From: Atractiella rhizophila
Lineage: Eukaryota
Direction of reading: 5' to 3'
Assembly (NCBI GenBank): GCA_021432655.1
Contig: MU271181.1
Span: 77,189-141,188 of the forward strand
Length of the DNA stretch: 64,000 nt
The notes below the pieces were generated by a model. That model was not told the DNA's origin and made no database searches. It saw nothing but the letters and a program-made list of their open reading frames with translations. Of the stretch, positions 49,924 to 60,737 are shown one piece after another; within the stretch, counting starts at the first letter, position 1, and every line of letters begins with the position of its first letter. The translations under genes and the position numbers were made by a program.

Positions 49924-51543
49924 CTACCGCTTGGAGCCTCCGACAACTGTTCCCTCCTCTTCGCACTTGTTCCAACCGTGGTTGGATGGGGCTCTGCCGC
50001 ACCTGGCGCAGAAGTCGTGTTTGGAGGGTCGACCTCCTTCTCTAGGTCTCGATGGTTGGTCGCTGTCTGGTCGCTTGCTGGCATTTCTGGGTCTGGGGAA
50101 ATCTGATGGTCCTGCCTGCTTCATGAGGTCCTCGAACGCTCTGAGTCTAGCGTCCAGGGAGTCGCCTTGCCATAGTCGAAACTGCTCAGTCACCTGGGTG
50201 TAGATGGTGTCGAGGTATTCCCAGGCACCGAAGTCGGACGTTGCTTCGTGCCTAGTCTCATGGTCCCTTCTGGCCTTTTCCTGGGTAGCCATGATGAGAT
50301 CCCAGTTGTTGTAGTCGGAGGCTCTGTTTAGGGCGTACTTCCTCTTGCACCAGTCCTTCATGGATTGGAGCGCTCCAGCGGTGTTCATCGGGAATGTTCT
50401 GTCTTCCCATTCTTGCACGGCTTTGATGTACCAGTCCATGCCTTTCTCGAAGTCGGAGTATGACGGCCTGTCGTCTCTCGCTCTGGCGCGTTCCATAATC
50501 TTGCGAGTTTTGTCGTCGGACAAGATGAGCCGGTCTCCTGAGTCGAACTTGATTTCCTTTGACTCGTCCAGCCCGTACTCTGCGGAGAGTTGTTTCCACG
50601 CCGTTGGTAAGTGGGCAGGGATGTAGGCGTGCGGATTCTCGTGTATTTTCTTTTTGAGCTCCAGTACAATGGTGGGGACGGATTTCTTGTTGATGACCGA
50701 ATACTTCCAGTCTTTCTGAGATTTCGCCTCCTTGATTAGTCTCTTCTGGCGCGAACGCTCTGACTCTGTCGATGTGTCTGAGTTAGAGGAGTGGTCTGAT
50801 GCGTCTGGTCCTCGGCTGGCGTGCCGTGTGCTCTTTCTCCTCTTCTTCCGTCGTCTTTTCCTCCCTTCCCCTTCATCCCCACTAGAAGAGGAGTCAGGAG
50901 CTCGATGCTTCCTCCTTGCTGCGGGCTTTCCCTTTGAAGCCATTGCTTCTGGCTGGTCTATTGTTTCTCTCGTTCTTCCACTGTCGCCCACAGGGTGCCC
51001 CGGCTGCTCCTGCGGCTGGGCGGTCGCGCTGGCTGAGGGGGGGCATGTGGGTGTCTGTCGCCCCTTTGCCGGATGAGGCGCTTCTGGACCTATACCGGGG
51101 GGGTTGGCTTGAGCAAAGTTCTGGTAGGCATGGAGAAATTGGGCTCTGGTTGGGGGGGTGTTGCCGGGATTCGCGAAAGGTGGGATGGTGCCCGCTGCTT
51201 GCACGAAGCTTGCAGGGAATCCCCTGATGGGGGTGTGCGGCGACCGCAAGGGCTGTATGGGTTGCATGGGTACTGCCGTGTCTCCCCACCCACCCTGGGG
51301 CTGTTGGTGTCCCGGGTCTTGGTGATTTGGTGGGTTGACGGGTGTGGGGTTTTGATGGTTTCCCTGGCCAGCGTTAGCTCCTGGTAGCTGTGTTCGGAGG
51401 TGGTTAACTGCAGTCCCTTCTTGGGGATGCCAGGTGGACTTAAGGGTGGCTGGGAGGGGGCCTCCCCAGCTATGGGGGGTTCTTGGTGGTCGTGGTGGAG
51501 CGCTGTCGTGGAACCTTTCGCTAGGAAAAGGGTTCGCTGTCAT
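49924..51543 (-). CDS. Gag-like ORF1 (539 aa)
   Basis: Pro/Gln-rich N-terminus, a basic/Ser-rich tract, a helical core and a C-terminal CARCGRAPSNHGWNKC knuckle. Lies immediately upstream of RT. Confidence 0.8.
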   Translation of the reverse strand: MTANPFPSERFHDSAPPRPPRTPHSWGGPLPATLKSTWHPQEGTAVNHLRTQLPGANAGQGNHQNPTPVNPPNHQDPGHQQPQGGWGDTAVPMQPIQPLRSPHTPIRGFPASFVQAAGTIPPFANPGNTPPTRAQFLHAYQNFAQANPPGIGPEAPHPAKGRQTPTCPPSASATAQPQEQPGHPVGDSGRTRETIDQPEAMASKGKPAARRKHRAPDSSSSGDEGEGRKRRRKKRRKSTRHASRGPDASDHSSNSDTSTESERSRQKRLIKEAKSQKDWKYSVINKKSVPTIVLELKKKIHENPHAYIPAHLPTAWKQLSAEYGLDESKEIKFDSGDRLILSDDKTRKIMERARARDDRPSYSDFEKGMDWYIKAVQEWEDRTFPMNTAGALQSMKDWCKRKYALNRASDYNNWDLIMATQEKARRDHETRHEATSDFGAWEYLDTIYTQVTEQFRLWQGDSLDARLRAFEDLMKQAGPSDFPRPRNASKRPDSDQPSRPREGGRPSKHDFCARCGRAPSNHGWNKCEEEGTVVGGSKR

Positions 51544-51631
51544 TTGTGCAGCTGAGTTTGGGGGTTAGCTGAGTAATTCTCCCCCAGTGTGAGGGTTTGC
51601 GATTGGGTGTACTGCACTGCAACCCTCACGT

Positions 51632-51895
51632 CTTAGTACGGGCACTCCCACCACGTGGAGCTGCTCACGATGTTATAGGGATGTTGAGAGGTCCCTCCCT
51701 AATAAGAGGGTTTCCGACAGGTTGTACGGTATTATAGCCGTCACACCTTAGTAGAGGCACTCCCACCACGTGGAGCTGCTCACGATGTTATAGGGATGTT
51801 GAGAGGTCCCTCCCTAATAAGAGGGTTTCCGTCAGGTTGTACGGTACTATAGCCGTCACACCTTAGTAGAGGCACTCCCACCACGTGGAGCTGCT
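51632..51895. repeat. 115-bp tandem repeat, 2.3 near-identical copies
   Basis: CTTAGTA..GGCACTCCCACCACGTGGAGCTGCT starts at 51632, 51747 and 51862. Confidence 0.95.
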
Positions 51896-53054
51896 TACTG
51901 GTTGAAGGCGTCGTTGCGAAGACACCCCCCCCCCCCAGGGGGGGGGCCCCCCGACCCGCCCTGGAGAATGGCCTGTATGTGAGTCCGGCATTGGAGAAGT
52001 GATGGGAGGATAGGGTTGGCTCTTCTTGCCTCCCCTTCCCCTTCTGAATCCTCCGGTAGCTCTTGTCGAAGGAGATGCGTAGGACTTGGATCTGTTGCAC
52101 CGATAAGTTGCGCTCCTCGATGCGACGGTTGAATTCTTCCGGTTCAGTGGCTTCGAGGACGTATTGGATTGCTTCTACTGCGTTCTGCTGTTCCTCCTCC
52201 AGTTCCTCCTCCCTCTCTTCTTCCCGTCTTGCATCTTCCATTGCTTCCCTCTTTACTTCCAAGCCCAGCTCTTCTGGTGTATGCCAGGTGTAGAATACTG
52301 GCATGCCCAATTCCGTCCATGCTACTTAAGCCGTCTCCGCCGCTGGTGGTCTAAAGTTGACTCCTTCGTGGGGTTTCTGGCGCCAGCGAGAACTGCTGTA
52401 GAACAGGCAGTCGGTGGTGTCTTGCCAGGACATGACGTTGACAAGATGGACCCATTCTCTGGCAAATTTATTGTAGGCGTAGATTCGAGTGAATTCGCGG
52501 AGGGGGAGGCCTGATCTGAGGACGTAGCACCAGATATCAATGGCTCGCAATATGAGTTGGGGGCGAAACTTCGAGGTGCATGGCGTGCCGGTTCTGCAAG
52601 CCACAAAGGTTAGGATGTGTTCTGCTTGCTCCTCGACATGGAGTGGGGAATAAACGTTGTCCCCAAACTTGGAGGCGTCCGAAGGGTCAGAGAGAACGTC
52701 TGCAAACTTGTAAGGTAGAGAGGGAAGTACGGCATCCGCGAAGTCTTTCTGATTCAGACTGGAGAAAGGTTTCCAAAGTTTGTCAAAGGTATCAAAGAAA
52801 TGCGTCGTTTTGGCCTCGTTCACGTCCACGCCGTCCCTTTCCGCCACCTCTATGAGACCCTTGTAGCAAGTGTCCATGAGAGACCCGGGTTCAGCAGAAT
52901 ACGGAACGTTGGCCAAGACTGAAAGCTCGTAGAGAAAATGAGAGTGTGGATTGGAAGTTTCCGGAACGAAGAAAGAGAGACCCAAATTCATGTCTAGCAA
53001 GGTGTTGCTACTCATCCGACCGCCCTCTGGTGCCATTTCCTTCAAGAAGGTCAT
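51780..53054 (-). pseudogene. ORF0: protein of unknown function interrupted by a single in-frame TAA
   Basis: ORFs 52326-53054 and 51780-52310 are in the same frame (ETA*VAWTELGMP). The C-terminus is acidic and coiled-coil-like and runs into the repeats. Confidence 0.6.
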
Positions 53055-53349
53055 GCGTTGGCTTGATGGGTGTGGCTCCAGGGAATGTGTTCTCGGGTTG
53101 GAGAGTTGGTGGCAAAGAGAGGATGCAATCGAAGAGCGTTGAAAGGAGAGCTCTGAGTGAGCTTGGGAGAGCGGTTGGTTGATGAGTTTTGGTGATCACC
53201 GCGCGACTCAGTGACTTACTCACGTGCGTTGGACTAGGACCAGAACTTTGTTTTCAGGGCTTTTAAATTTGCCGGTCGCCAAGGGGCATTTCTTTGTCGC
53301 AACTATTTATTATCACGATCACAAAACAACCAAATGTTCAGATTGTAAA

Positions 53350-55250
53350 ATTATTTCTGACAGCCGAGTTCGTCCTGATTTCACTTCGTCCTCGCGGATT
53401 TGGTCCATAAGCATCTTTGGTTTCGTTGAAATCCAACCAGCTAAAACCATGCGATCAAAACACGCAGATATCCAGCGATACTTTTACCTTGCAAATATCA
53501 GTATAATGTTTCCAGATTAATGCGGACATACATCTTGTGCGTTTGAAGCTTCCAACCCTGCCAAAAGCAAACACCAAGGCAAGATATGATATGATGGGTC
53601 TTCGGCAGATTGAGTGATTGTCACTGCAATCGTTATGATTTTTGAGCTGTAATAACTTTCCGGTCGACAGTGGATGATTCGGCCAAGGTAAATGATGAGA
53701 GAATTGACAAAAGCAGATTTGTACATGAGGTTGAGCAGGTCAGGGGCAAGGCTGATGAAAATGGTTGGTGGCAGATCGATGAAAGAAAACTGGTGAAAAT
53801 TATCCCCGTCATCCAGTCGCTCCTTGAACGAAATCAAGCGCTGAAGAATCGCCTTCCCTCCTTGGGATGCAGTGTCAAATTGTTCTGCTGTAGCAAGGGA
53901 GGTGCGAAAGGACTGCAGTTCTCGGTCTAGCGTTGACACTTGGGCGGCAAACTCATACAATCTACGCCGCAGCCCTTGTATCCAGGTTAGCGGAAGAGAA
54001 AGAAAGGCTCACTGCAGCCAGTCCACATACACAGAAGGAATCTTCATACCGGGGCTGTTTCCAACGGAAGACCCAAACGTGGATTGCAGAAGCCAGTTCG
54101 CAAATGTTGGAACCCTAGCTCCGAAGGAAGCAGAGTGAAAGCAAAGTCGAGCGAGGACGATGGCGCAGGATTGCCCTGTAGAAGGTAAACTCGCAAAGGT
54201 CTGGTTGGCAGAGGCCAGCGCTTGCTGTGCCATGTCGAAGACGAAGTTCATCCTTTGAGAAGTCGTCCCGTGACTGACCTCCCACAGAGAGTAAATAACC
54301 AAGGTGGAAAGGACAAGTTCGACATCGAGGAACACAACGGAGCTAACCCAAGAAGACTCAAGAAGCATCAGGGATCTTTGATGTTTGGAATGTGCGATAG
54401 TAAGAAGATCAGGTCGATCAATTCGTCTACTCAGATGGAGGGCAGAATAAGCCATGATGCCTATTCCAAGGTTCAGCAATGGCAGAAAGGTGTTCAAAAC
54501 TTTCTCTCACCGTCATAGAGTGGGGCACAATAGAGGGACTTTACGAACAAATCGAGCAGAAAGTTTGGTTGTTGAGGTTCAATGGCTTTGGACGTTGGGG
54601 CCAGAACGTCCAGAAAGTGTCGGATGAGACTCTCATCCTGGACCGCTAACTGGATCGGGCGATGCTGAGGGAACATAGTTGCTTGCTTGCGAATTTCCGA
54701 CGTAGGTTGATGTAACGACAAATAGGGTCCTGATGAGGTCTCCGGTTGGTTTGCTGTGGAAGTCATTGCCAAGGGAAGGCAGTCTGGTTGCGCATTTGTG
54801 GGACTGCACCGTCCTACCTCTGCTGTTGAGGAGTGAACACTGGGCGGCGTTGCTCGAAATGATGAGGAATGGGGTTGCAGTTGAGGAGATGCCGTAGATG
54901 GCTGAGAATTCGATCTAGGATAAGGCTGCTCTCGATCTTGGGGTGGCGTGGCTTTCGGGTTGTTACCGTAGACACAATCGAGGTACAGTCGAGCACAATT
55001 AATACAATCAGGCTTCTCTTCGCCACATTTCACATGTCGTTTTCGGCAAGTCGAACAACCTGAAGTCCTCACTTGTCAACAGCTACTTCAGGCAATCATT
55101 AGGGCCAGAAACCGACCTTTCTTACTGCGAGAAAATCGTGGTTTCGGCCCTCGTCTCGAAGAGAGTGTCGAACTTTGTTGGAAATCGACGGGCTGAGGAG
55201 CGGAGCTAAGTACGACTTGGTTACGTTTGGCTGAGCTCTTGCAAACGCAT
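53350..55250 (-). CDS. Zn2Cys6 binuclear-cluster transcription factor with a C-terminal fungal TF domain, multi-exon; ends approximate
   Basis: RSKKG|CSTCRKRHVKCGEEKPDCINCARLYLDC reads across the intron at 55060-55116. Further GT-AG introns at ~54461-54510 and ~53962-54010. Motif LPWCLLLAGLEA. Confidence 0.82.
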
Positions 55251-55624
55251 GAGCACCAGGAAATGGAATTCTATGTGTTTATATAGCTTACAGCAGTGGC
55301 AACTAGAAAATAGTAGAACATTCCAGAAAACTAAAGGACTTTGCCACTGGGTGGCATGAAACTAGACTGCAAAATCCAACAAACTTTCTCTGCCGCCCTT
55401 CCGCATCAATGTTGGCAACGTTGGGAGATAACGAGGATGCTGTCGAGGTATATGATCGACGCTTGGTGACCAGAAAAGTTCAATATTGCGTTGTGCGTCA
55501 TTGACGTCAAGTGACAATTCCCTCATCTGTAAGGTTGTGTCTTCAGATAAGTTAAGGCTTTGTTGCTCGTCGTAGGGTCAGGGTCAAGCCCTGTAGTTTG
55601 GGACATTTTGGGATGATTCTGGCA

Positions 55625-56298
55625 TAGGGCTTTGCTTGACGGGTGACGGGTCCGGGACGGACGGCATTTTTGGCCACCCGTCCCGTCACCGTTACAACTT
55701 TGATTTTTTGACGACGGACGGTATAAACGGACGGGTTCTACGCGTCCGTCAGCCCTCTTGCGCTTGCATGACGGGTCAGACGGGGAACAACGGGTGTTAT
55801 ATATGAATTTTAAGTTTTAAACCTGTTTTTACCGGTTTTTTGCTTGTTTTGCTGCAAGCTTTTCGTAATTTCATATTTTATTGTTTGCAGCAGAGCAAAC
55901 ATTCCTTTGCATGGCCCCAAAACGGCCAGAAAGGGAATTCCGGGTCGGTACAAACCTAACCTTAGGTGGACCGGCTGCTTGCGGGCCATAGCCGGCGCAA
56001 CCAAATCACCTTTCCGCCCAGCCAAACAGGCCTGGACTTGCCGGCATTAGTAGTTAGTGGCTAGAACATGGCGTGAATGACATATTCCGGTGGTGCCGGA
56101 CAGAATAAAGGAACATTTTGTTGAACACCCGTGTTCACTGTCAAACCCGTCCGTCTGCACCCCTTTTCTTGCCGTCACAGTCCCGTCACCGTCAGACAGT
56201 CCTCGTGTTCAGTGACGGTGCGGGTGACGGGACCGGGTCACCCGTCCCGTCGCCGTCTCAGGCACAAAAATCGACGGACGGGATGGTGCAAAGCCCTA
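55625..56298. mobile_element. hAT-A-family MITE (674 bp)
   Basis: TIR TAGGGCTTTGC at both ends, perfect 8-bp TSD TTCTGGCA, and GACGG/CCGTC subterminal arrays. Confidence 0.95.
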
Positions 56299-59094
56299 TT
56301 CTGGCAGGATTAGGGGAAAGTGGGAAGCCGCCCGCTCGCAAGTGAACTGGCTGAGTGGCTGCGCAAACAACAACGACTGATTGTGAGATTTGGGACAGGA
56401 TTTGGAGCGGAATGGGACTTTTGGGACTATTTCGTTCTCATTCGCTAGGCGTGCTGAGATCGACCCGACGTGGTGAGCATTTCTGTGGTCAAGTACAGGT
56501 ACTCACTGAAGCAGCTTGAGAGGCAGCATTCCGATGCAGACTGGGACTTGCATGGCAACACTTTTTCTTTCCAGCTCGCCAGTTTGGGCTAGCTTGTCTT
56601 CTGGCATAGGCGGAATGGAAGTCTTAGACAAGATTGTATGCTTAGGCTTGTTCCTTCCATTGTGAGTGATTTAGCTAGTTCCATCTGTCCTCGTCCTGAC
56701 CTGAGCGGGCTTGTGGGTCAGGAAGATATCCTGGAACCCTTGCGTAAAGGCATGAGTGAGCGATCTTCTTTGTCCCCAACAAGCATGAGTCTTCCCTTGG
56801 TCTTCTATCTATTCATCTCTCGTCACCCTGTTGTTGCAGCTATCTCTCACCTACCATCACAGCATCACAGAATGTCCCTCGTCGAAGGACGGTCATGTTG
56901 GTAAACGGGTAGAGCAGTAGGCACATGCTTGACTTGTCAGTTCCTTACTTTCTATTTCCTTGTATCATTGATATGAATGAATGCATCTGACAGGTATGAT
57001 GCTGGTGGAAGCAATCCATGATACCCATGGCTGAACAAGCCGACCTGAAATCTGGCATCTCCACACCGTGACATCCTCCTTGCCAAACAACATCACCATT
57101 CACATCCTCCAATACCTCTGCTGACCCGCTCGGGATGCAGAGGGACTGACATGGTACCTGAGATATCTTTCTGGGTGAGTTCTACTTTGCCTATTCGCCG
57201 CATTGCTGACCATATGTCGTAGAAGGGAGAAAGGTCTTTCTACCATCAGGTATTCTACTAATGTCCGTGTCAACCATCATCGATTCGACACCATGCATGC
57301 ATATCCCGCTGCCATTCGGCCACCTCGATCATCATTACCACCAACGTCAACCCACTGTCATGCCTTAAGCTCTCCTTACAACCAGTATACCATCCAAGCA
57401 TAGCCTTGATCTTATCTTGAGAAGATATCTAGTAACCTAGGTCTCGACTGTATTGGTAGGTTGGGAAGCAGACCTGTTGCCCAGAGGGTCGGCGTCCGTC
57501 GGCGTTAAAACTAGTCCAAAAGTTAGTAGACCACTTTTTTGGGCAAATCTCCTCAAAATCAGATGGCAAAACTTTTGTCTCTTTACGGCCTCTGGCCGCT
57601 TTCGCATAACCCTCGCGGTGACCAGTTTGCCCGGCCCGGTACGAAAGCTATCGGACCAGTACGGCACAAAATTTCCGGACGCATAGCCATCCCAACCAGT
57701 CAGCCAGGCCAGCTCTCTGGGACCAGATCGGCGTGCTACGAAGAGGGTTAAAATGGAAGTGCTTGAAGGAGAAGATCTTGAGCAGATTCCAGATCCTCCT
57801 GATCCTCCTCGACACACCCGTAACTTGACCATCACGGTTTCTTGGTCAATTCGTGCTCTTGAAGGAGCCAAATTTATTTTTGGGCAGGGTGTCAATGAAG
57901 AGCTCAGATCTAATGTTGCTGCTCCTGTGCTTCACAGTGAGCAGGCTTGCTCCCATTTTTTTCCACTACGCTAACGTCATTGTTCCGTCTTGCAAGAGCT
58001 TTCAGTTGATGCTCAATCATCAGCAGTTTCAGTAATGAGTGTTTCCTCCTCCAGAGCAGGCTCTGTGCACCGGTCAGTCAGGAAGGGGAAGAGGGCAGAG
58101 AACCTGCATGGTAAGGTTTCCAGCTGTGAGTGAGTTTTGAGACTCAGTCTCAAGTATATCTTCCAGATGCAGTCCTAAGCAATGACTCTATCATTCCTAT
58201 TTTCTGCTAAGCAGAGCACTAAAGATGTCATAATGTGTGGGTGCACATCGTCCTTCTTGCTCAGCTTACATTAGAACTTTAGCCTTGAATGAGAGCAACC
58301 CAATGATACAGCGACAAGAAGACCAGATTGCTCTACACATTAATGTCCAAGAAGGCAGGTACCTTTGTAAAGCTCCATATGCCTCATCATGTGTGGGTTC
58401 AGCACTAGTAGTCGAACTTCCATTTCACCTACAAGAAAAAGAGTTGGCTGTGCATTGCGTTGCATCCACAGGTTTGTCTTAGCATACACATTCTAATTTC
58501 TTAACATCATATGGCAGTATCAATGTTTCCTCAACCTCTGGAAAAGCTCACTCCTGTCGCTGATAGTTCATAGCCTTTATTCCTCCAAGTCGGTACAAGC
58601 TCATGGCATTATAGTTTCAACATTTGCCTCCTCCCCTCTTGAACCTACTGAGTTAGAGAACCGTCGCCTTCTTAACGACAATCAACTCCTCAGTTGTCAG
58701 GTCGAACAGCTCACTAGTTTAGTTAGAGGCCTACTTCTTCAACAGCAGGAACAACTTCGTCATAGCCAGGAGAATAATGCAAGCCCTGCAACAAGTGACC
58801 AGCGAATGAATGCAACAGATTCTTCTTCGGTGCCAAGTTCAGGTTCACAGTTTCGGCCAATTGTAGAAGAAGGTCGAGAGTCTATGGAGGGAATTGAAGA
58901 AGGTACTTATTGCCTACACCAGAATCATCTCCACGCTCTGCTCGTACCAGATCTGCTCGAACACACAGGCACTCACAAACATTTGCAGTACATCAGGTGC
59001 AGATGCAAATTGCCAAATATCCTCTCTCAGCTCACCCGGATATCTTAGGTGGCTGAGGACGAGCTTCTGCAACTGCATGTGTCTCACATATCTC

Positions 59095-60737
59095 TCATAT
59101 AAATATCTCAAGTAGTAAGTGTAAAAGATAAAGATAGACAGGGGTATGATTCATTGCCATCTTCCGTTTGTCCTCCGTGATAGCCACCTTATCTTCATAT
59201 TTCTTCCTCAGCAACTTAAAGAACCGACCAGTCTTCTTGAAATGACGTGGTGATCTGGTAAGATGGTTCTCGAGGTGCGTGAGCTTTCCATTGCTGCTTT
59301 TGGTGATCCAGTGAGTCCAACGGCAGTGATTACACTTAACGTAGGTGGTTCCGGCTATGTGACCGTTTTGCACATCAGGGTATGCTTCCGACTTCGAGAT
59401 AACTGTGTAGAAGAGCCAGACTGGGCTTCGTTTCTTTGATAACACCTACAGCGGACTCAGAATACCACAGATGAATGGTCAGCATACTCACATGGTTCTG
59501 AACTTGATCAGCATTCATGGTGCTAGTTGAATCCTGTAGGAGAGGATCGAGTGTGGAGACTGGTACCTGGCGGCTCATAGAGTTCTGTTGCAATAATGAG
59601 TTCTACCATAAATAAGACAACAAAACGAAATGAACTATTGTTCTTGTACTCTTCTTGCCCTTTGGATCCATCTTCTTGTTCTGCTCCAATGACTCCGCCA
59701 ACTCATCACCATCAATATCCATCCCTAACGGATCTTCCTCATCGTCCCCTAAAGCAATGCTCTGGTCCCTTGTAGGATCATAGTCAGGGTCTATCTCTCC
59801 CACTTCACCACCATGGCCTTCAGCCACAAGAACGGAATGTATCCATGAGGCAATCACACAGCTGGAGCTTTTCCGTGTGTCAAGGAGAGGAGCCACTATG
59901 AGAGATGTGTCGATCTGAAGGAGTTTGTGCCAGAGGGCTTGAATAGCAACTAGGCCTTGTTTCCCTCCGATGTCGGTAACTGTTGGGGTCCAGAGAGAAA
60001 AGGCACGATGAACAAGCTCCTCATCGTCCTTGAGAAGTGATGCAACTTGATGAATGAGTTGTTGACATTTGACAAAAAGTGAAGCAGTGCTCTGAACTCG
60101 TCTGAGCGAAGCAAATGAGAAAACTTTTGTAAACATACGTGATTTGGGTCTGGTTGGAATGTATGTGGCATTACATGCAGGGCCTTTAGTTCTGCATATC
60201 CCAGGAATCTTTCTAAGCCTTCTGTACATCTCAGCAGCATCCACTGCGAAACAAACGAAAAGCTCACTCGTACTCTTGATCCTTTCGCGTCTTGAACTGA
60301 CTTAGTGCAGTTCCATCCTCATTGTTCCTTTTCGCAATATCCACTGAAGTTCGTGTCCTCTTTCCTAGCCCGAGAAAGCTCTCCATTGTTGCCATGGTTG
60401 AAATCAATTGCGATCAAGACGTGGGAGAGACAGCATGATGCCGATGCCATGGCTTATATGGTGATGGGAGGACCGGAGGACTGAAGAGAGTTTTTAGCTT
60501 GTGCTCCTTCTGGGAGGTGGAACGTCTTACTATTGGTGCTGTTCCCCCAAAACGGGGTATGCAGAATCGTATATCGTATCGGAGTCGTAAAAAACACCTT
60601 CCAGCGATTCGATACACCTTTGGGGCCGTATTCGAGTCGAACCGTCAGTCGTAGCCTTTTCTCCTCAGTTGACCAACATACGATAGGTATCTGAGGCGGC
60701 GTACCCTGGTACCGCTCGACTCTGATAGCCATCCCTA
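59095..60737 (-). mobile_element. hAT-C 5' portion: TIR, N-terminal extension exons and BED finger; DDE core absent
   Basis: TIR TAGGGATGGCTATC at 60737 and ATG at 60395. BED motif RSPVWLFY..VKCNHC..LENHL..H. Confidence 0.8.

Larger units (their letters stand above)
46479..53054 (-). mobile_element. Tyrosine-recombinase retrotransposon A (DIRS/Ngaro-like): ORF0 - repeats - gag - RT/RNase H - YR
   Basis: Collinear gag-like, RT-RH and YR ORFs on one strand. The exact termini were not determined, and membership of ORF0 in the element is inferred. Confidence 0.88.

Noticed and set aside
51632..51895. CRISPR-like array or hammerhead ribozyme
   Set aside because: The intervening segments are near-identical rather than unique spacers, there are no cas genes, and the context is eukaryotic. 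No CTGANGA...GAAA core was found (CTGACGG/CTGTCGG only).
55577..57072. Solo LTR hosting the MITE (GTCAGGG...CGTGACA)
   Set aside because: The left end lacks TG, and there is no TSD or second copy in the window.
58582..58589. CCTCCAAG as the second TSD of hAT-C
   Set aside because: It is not followed by a TIR and is likely a chance 8-mer.
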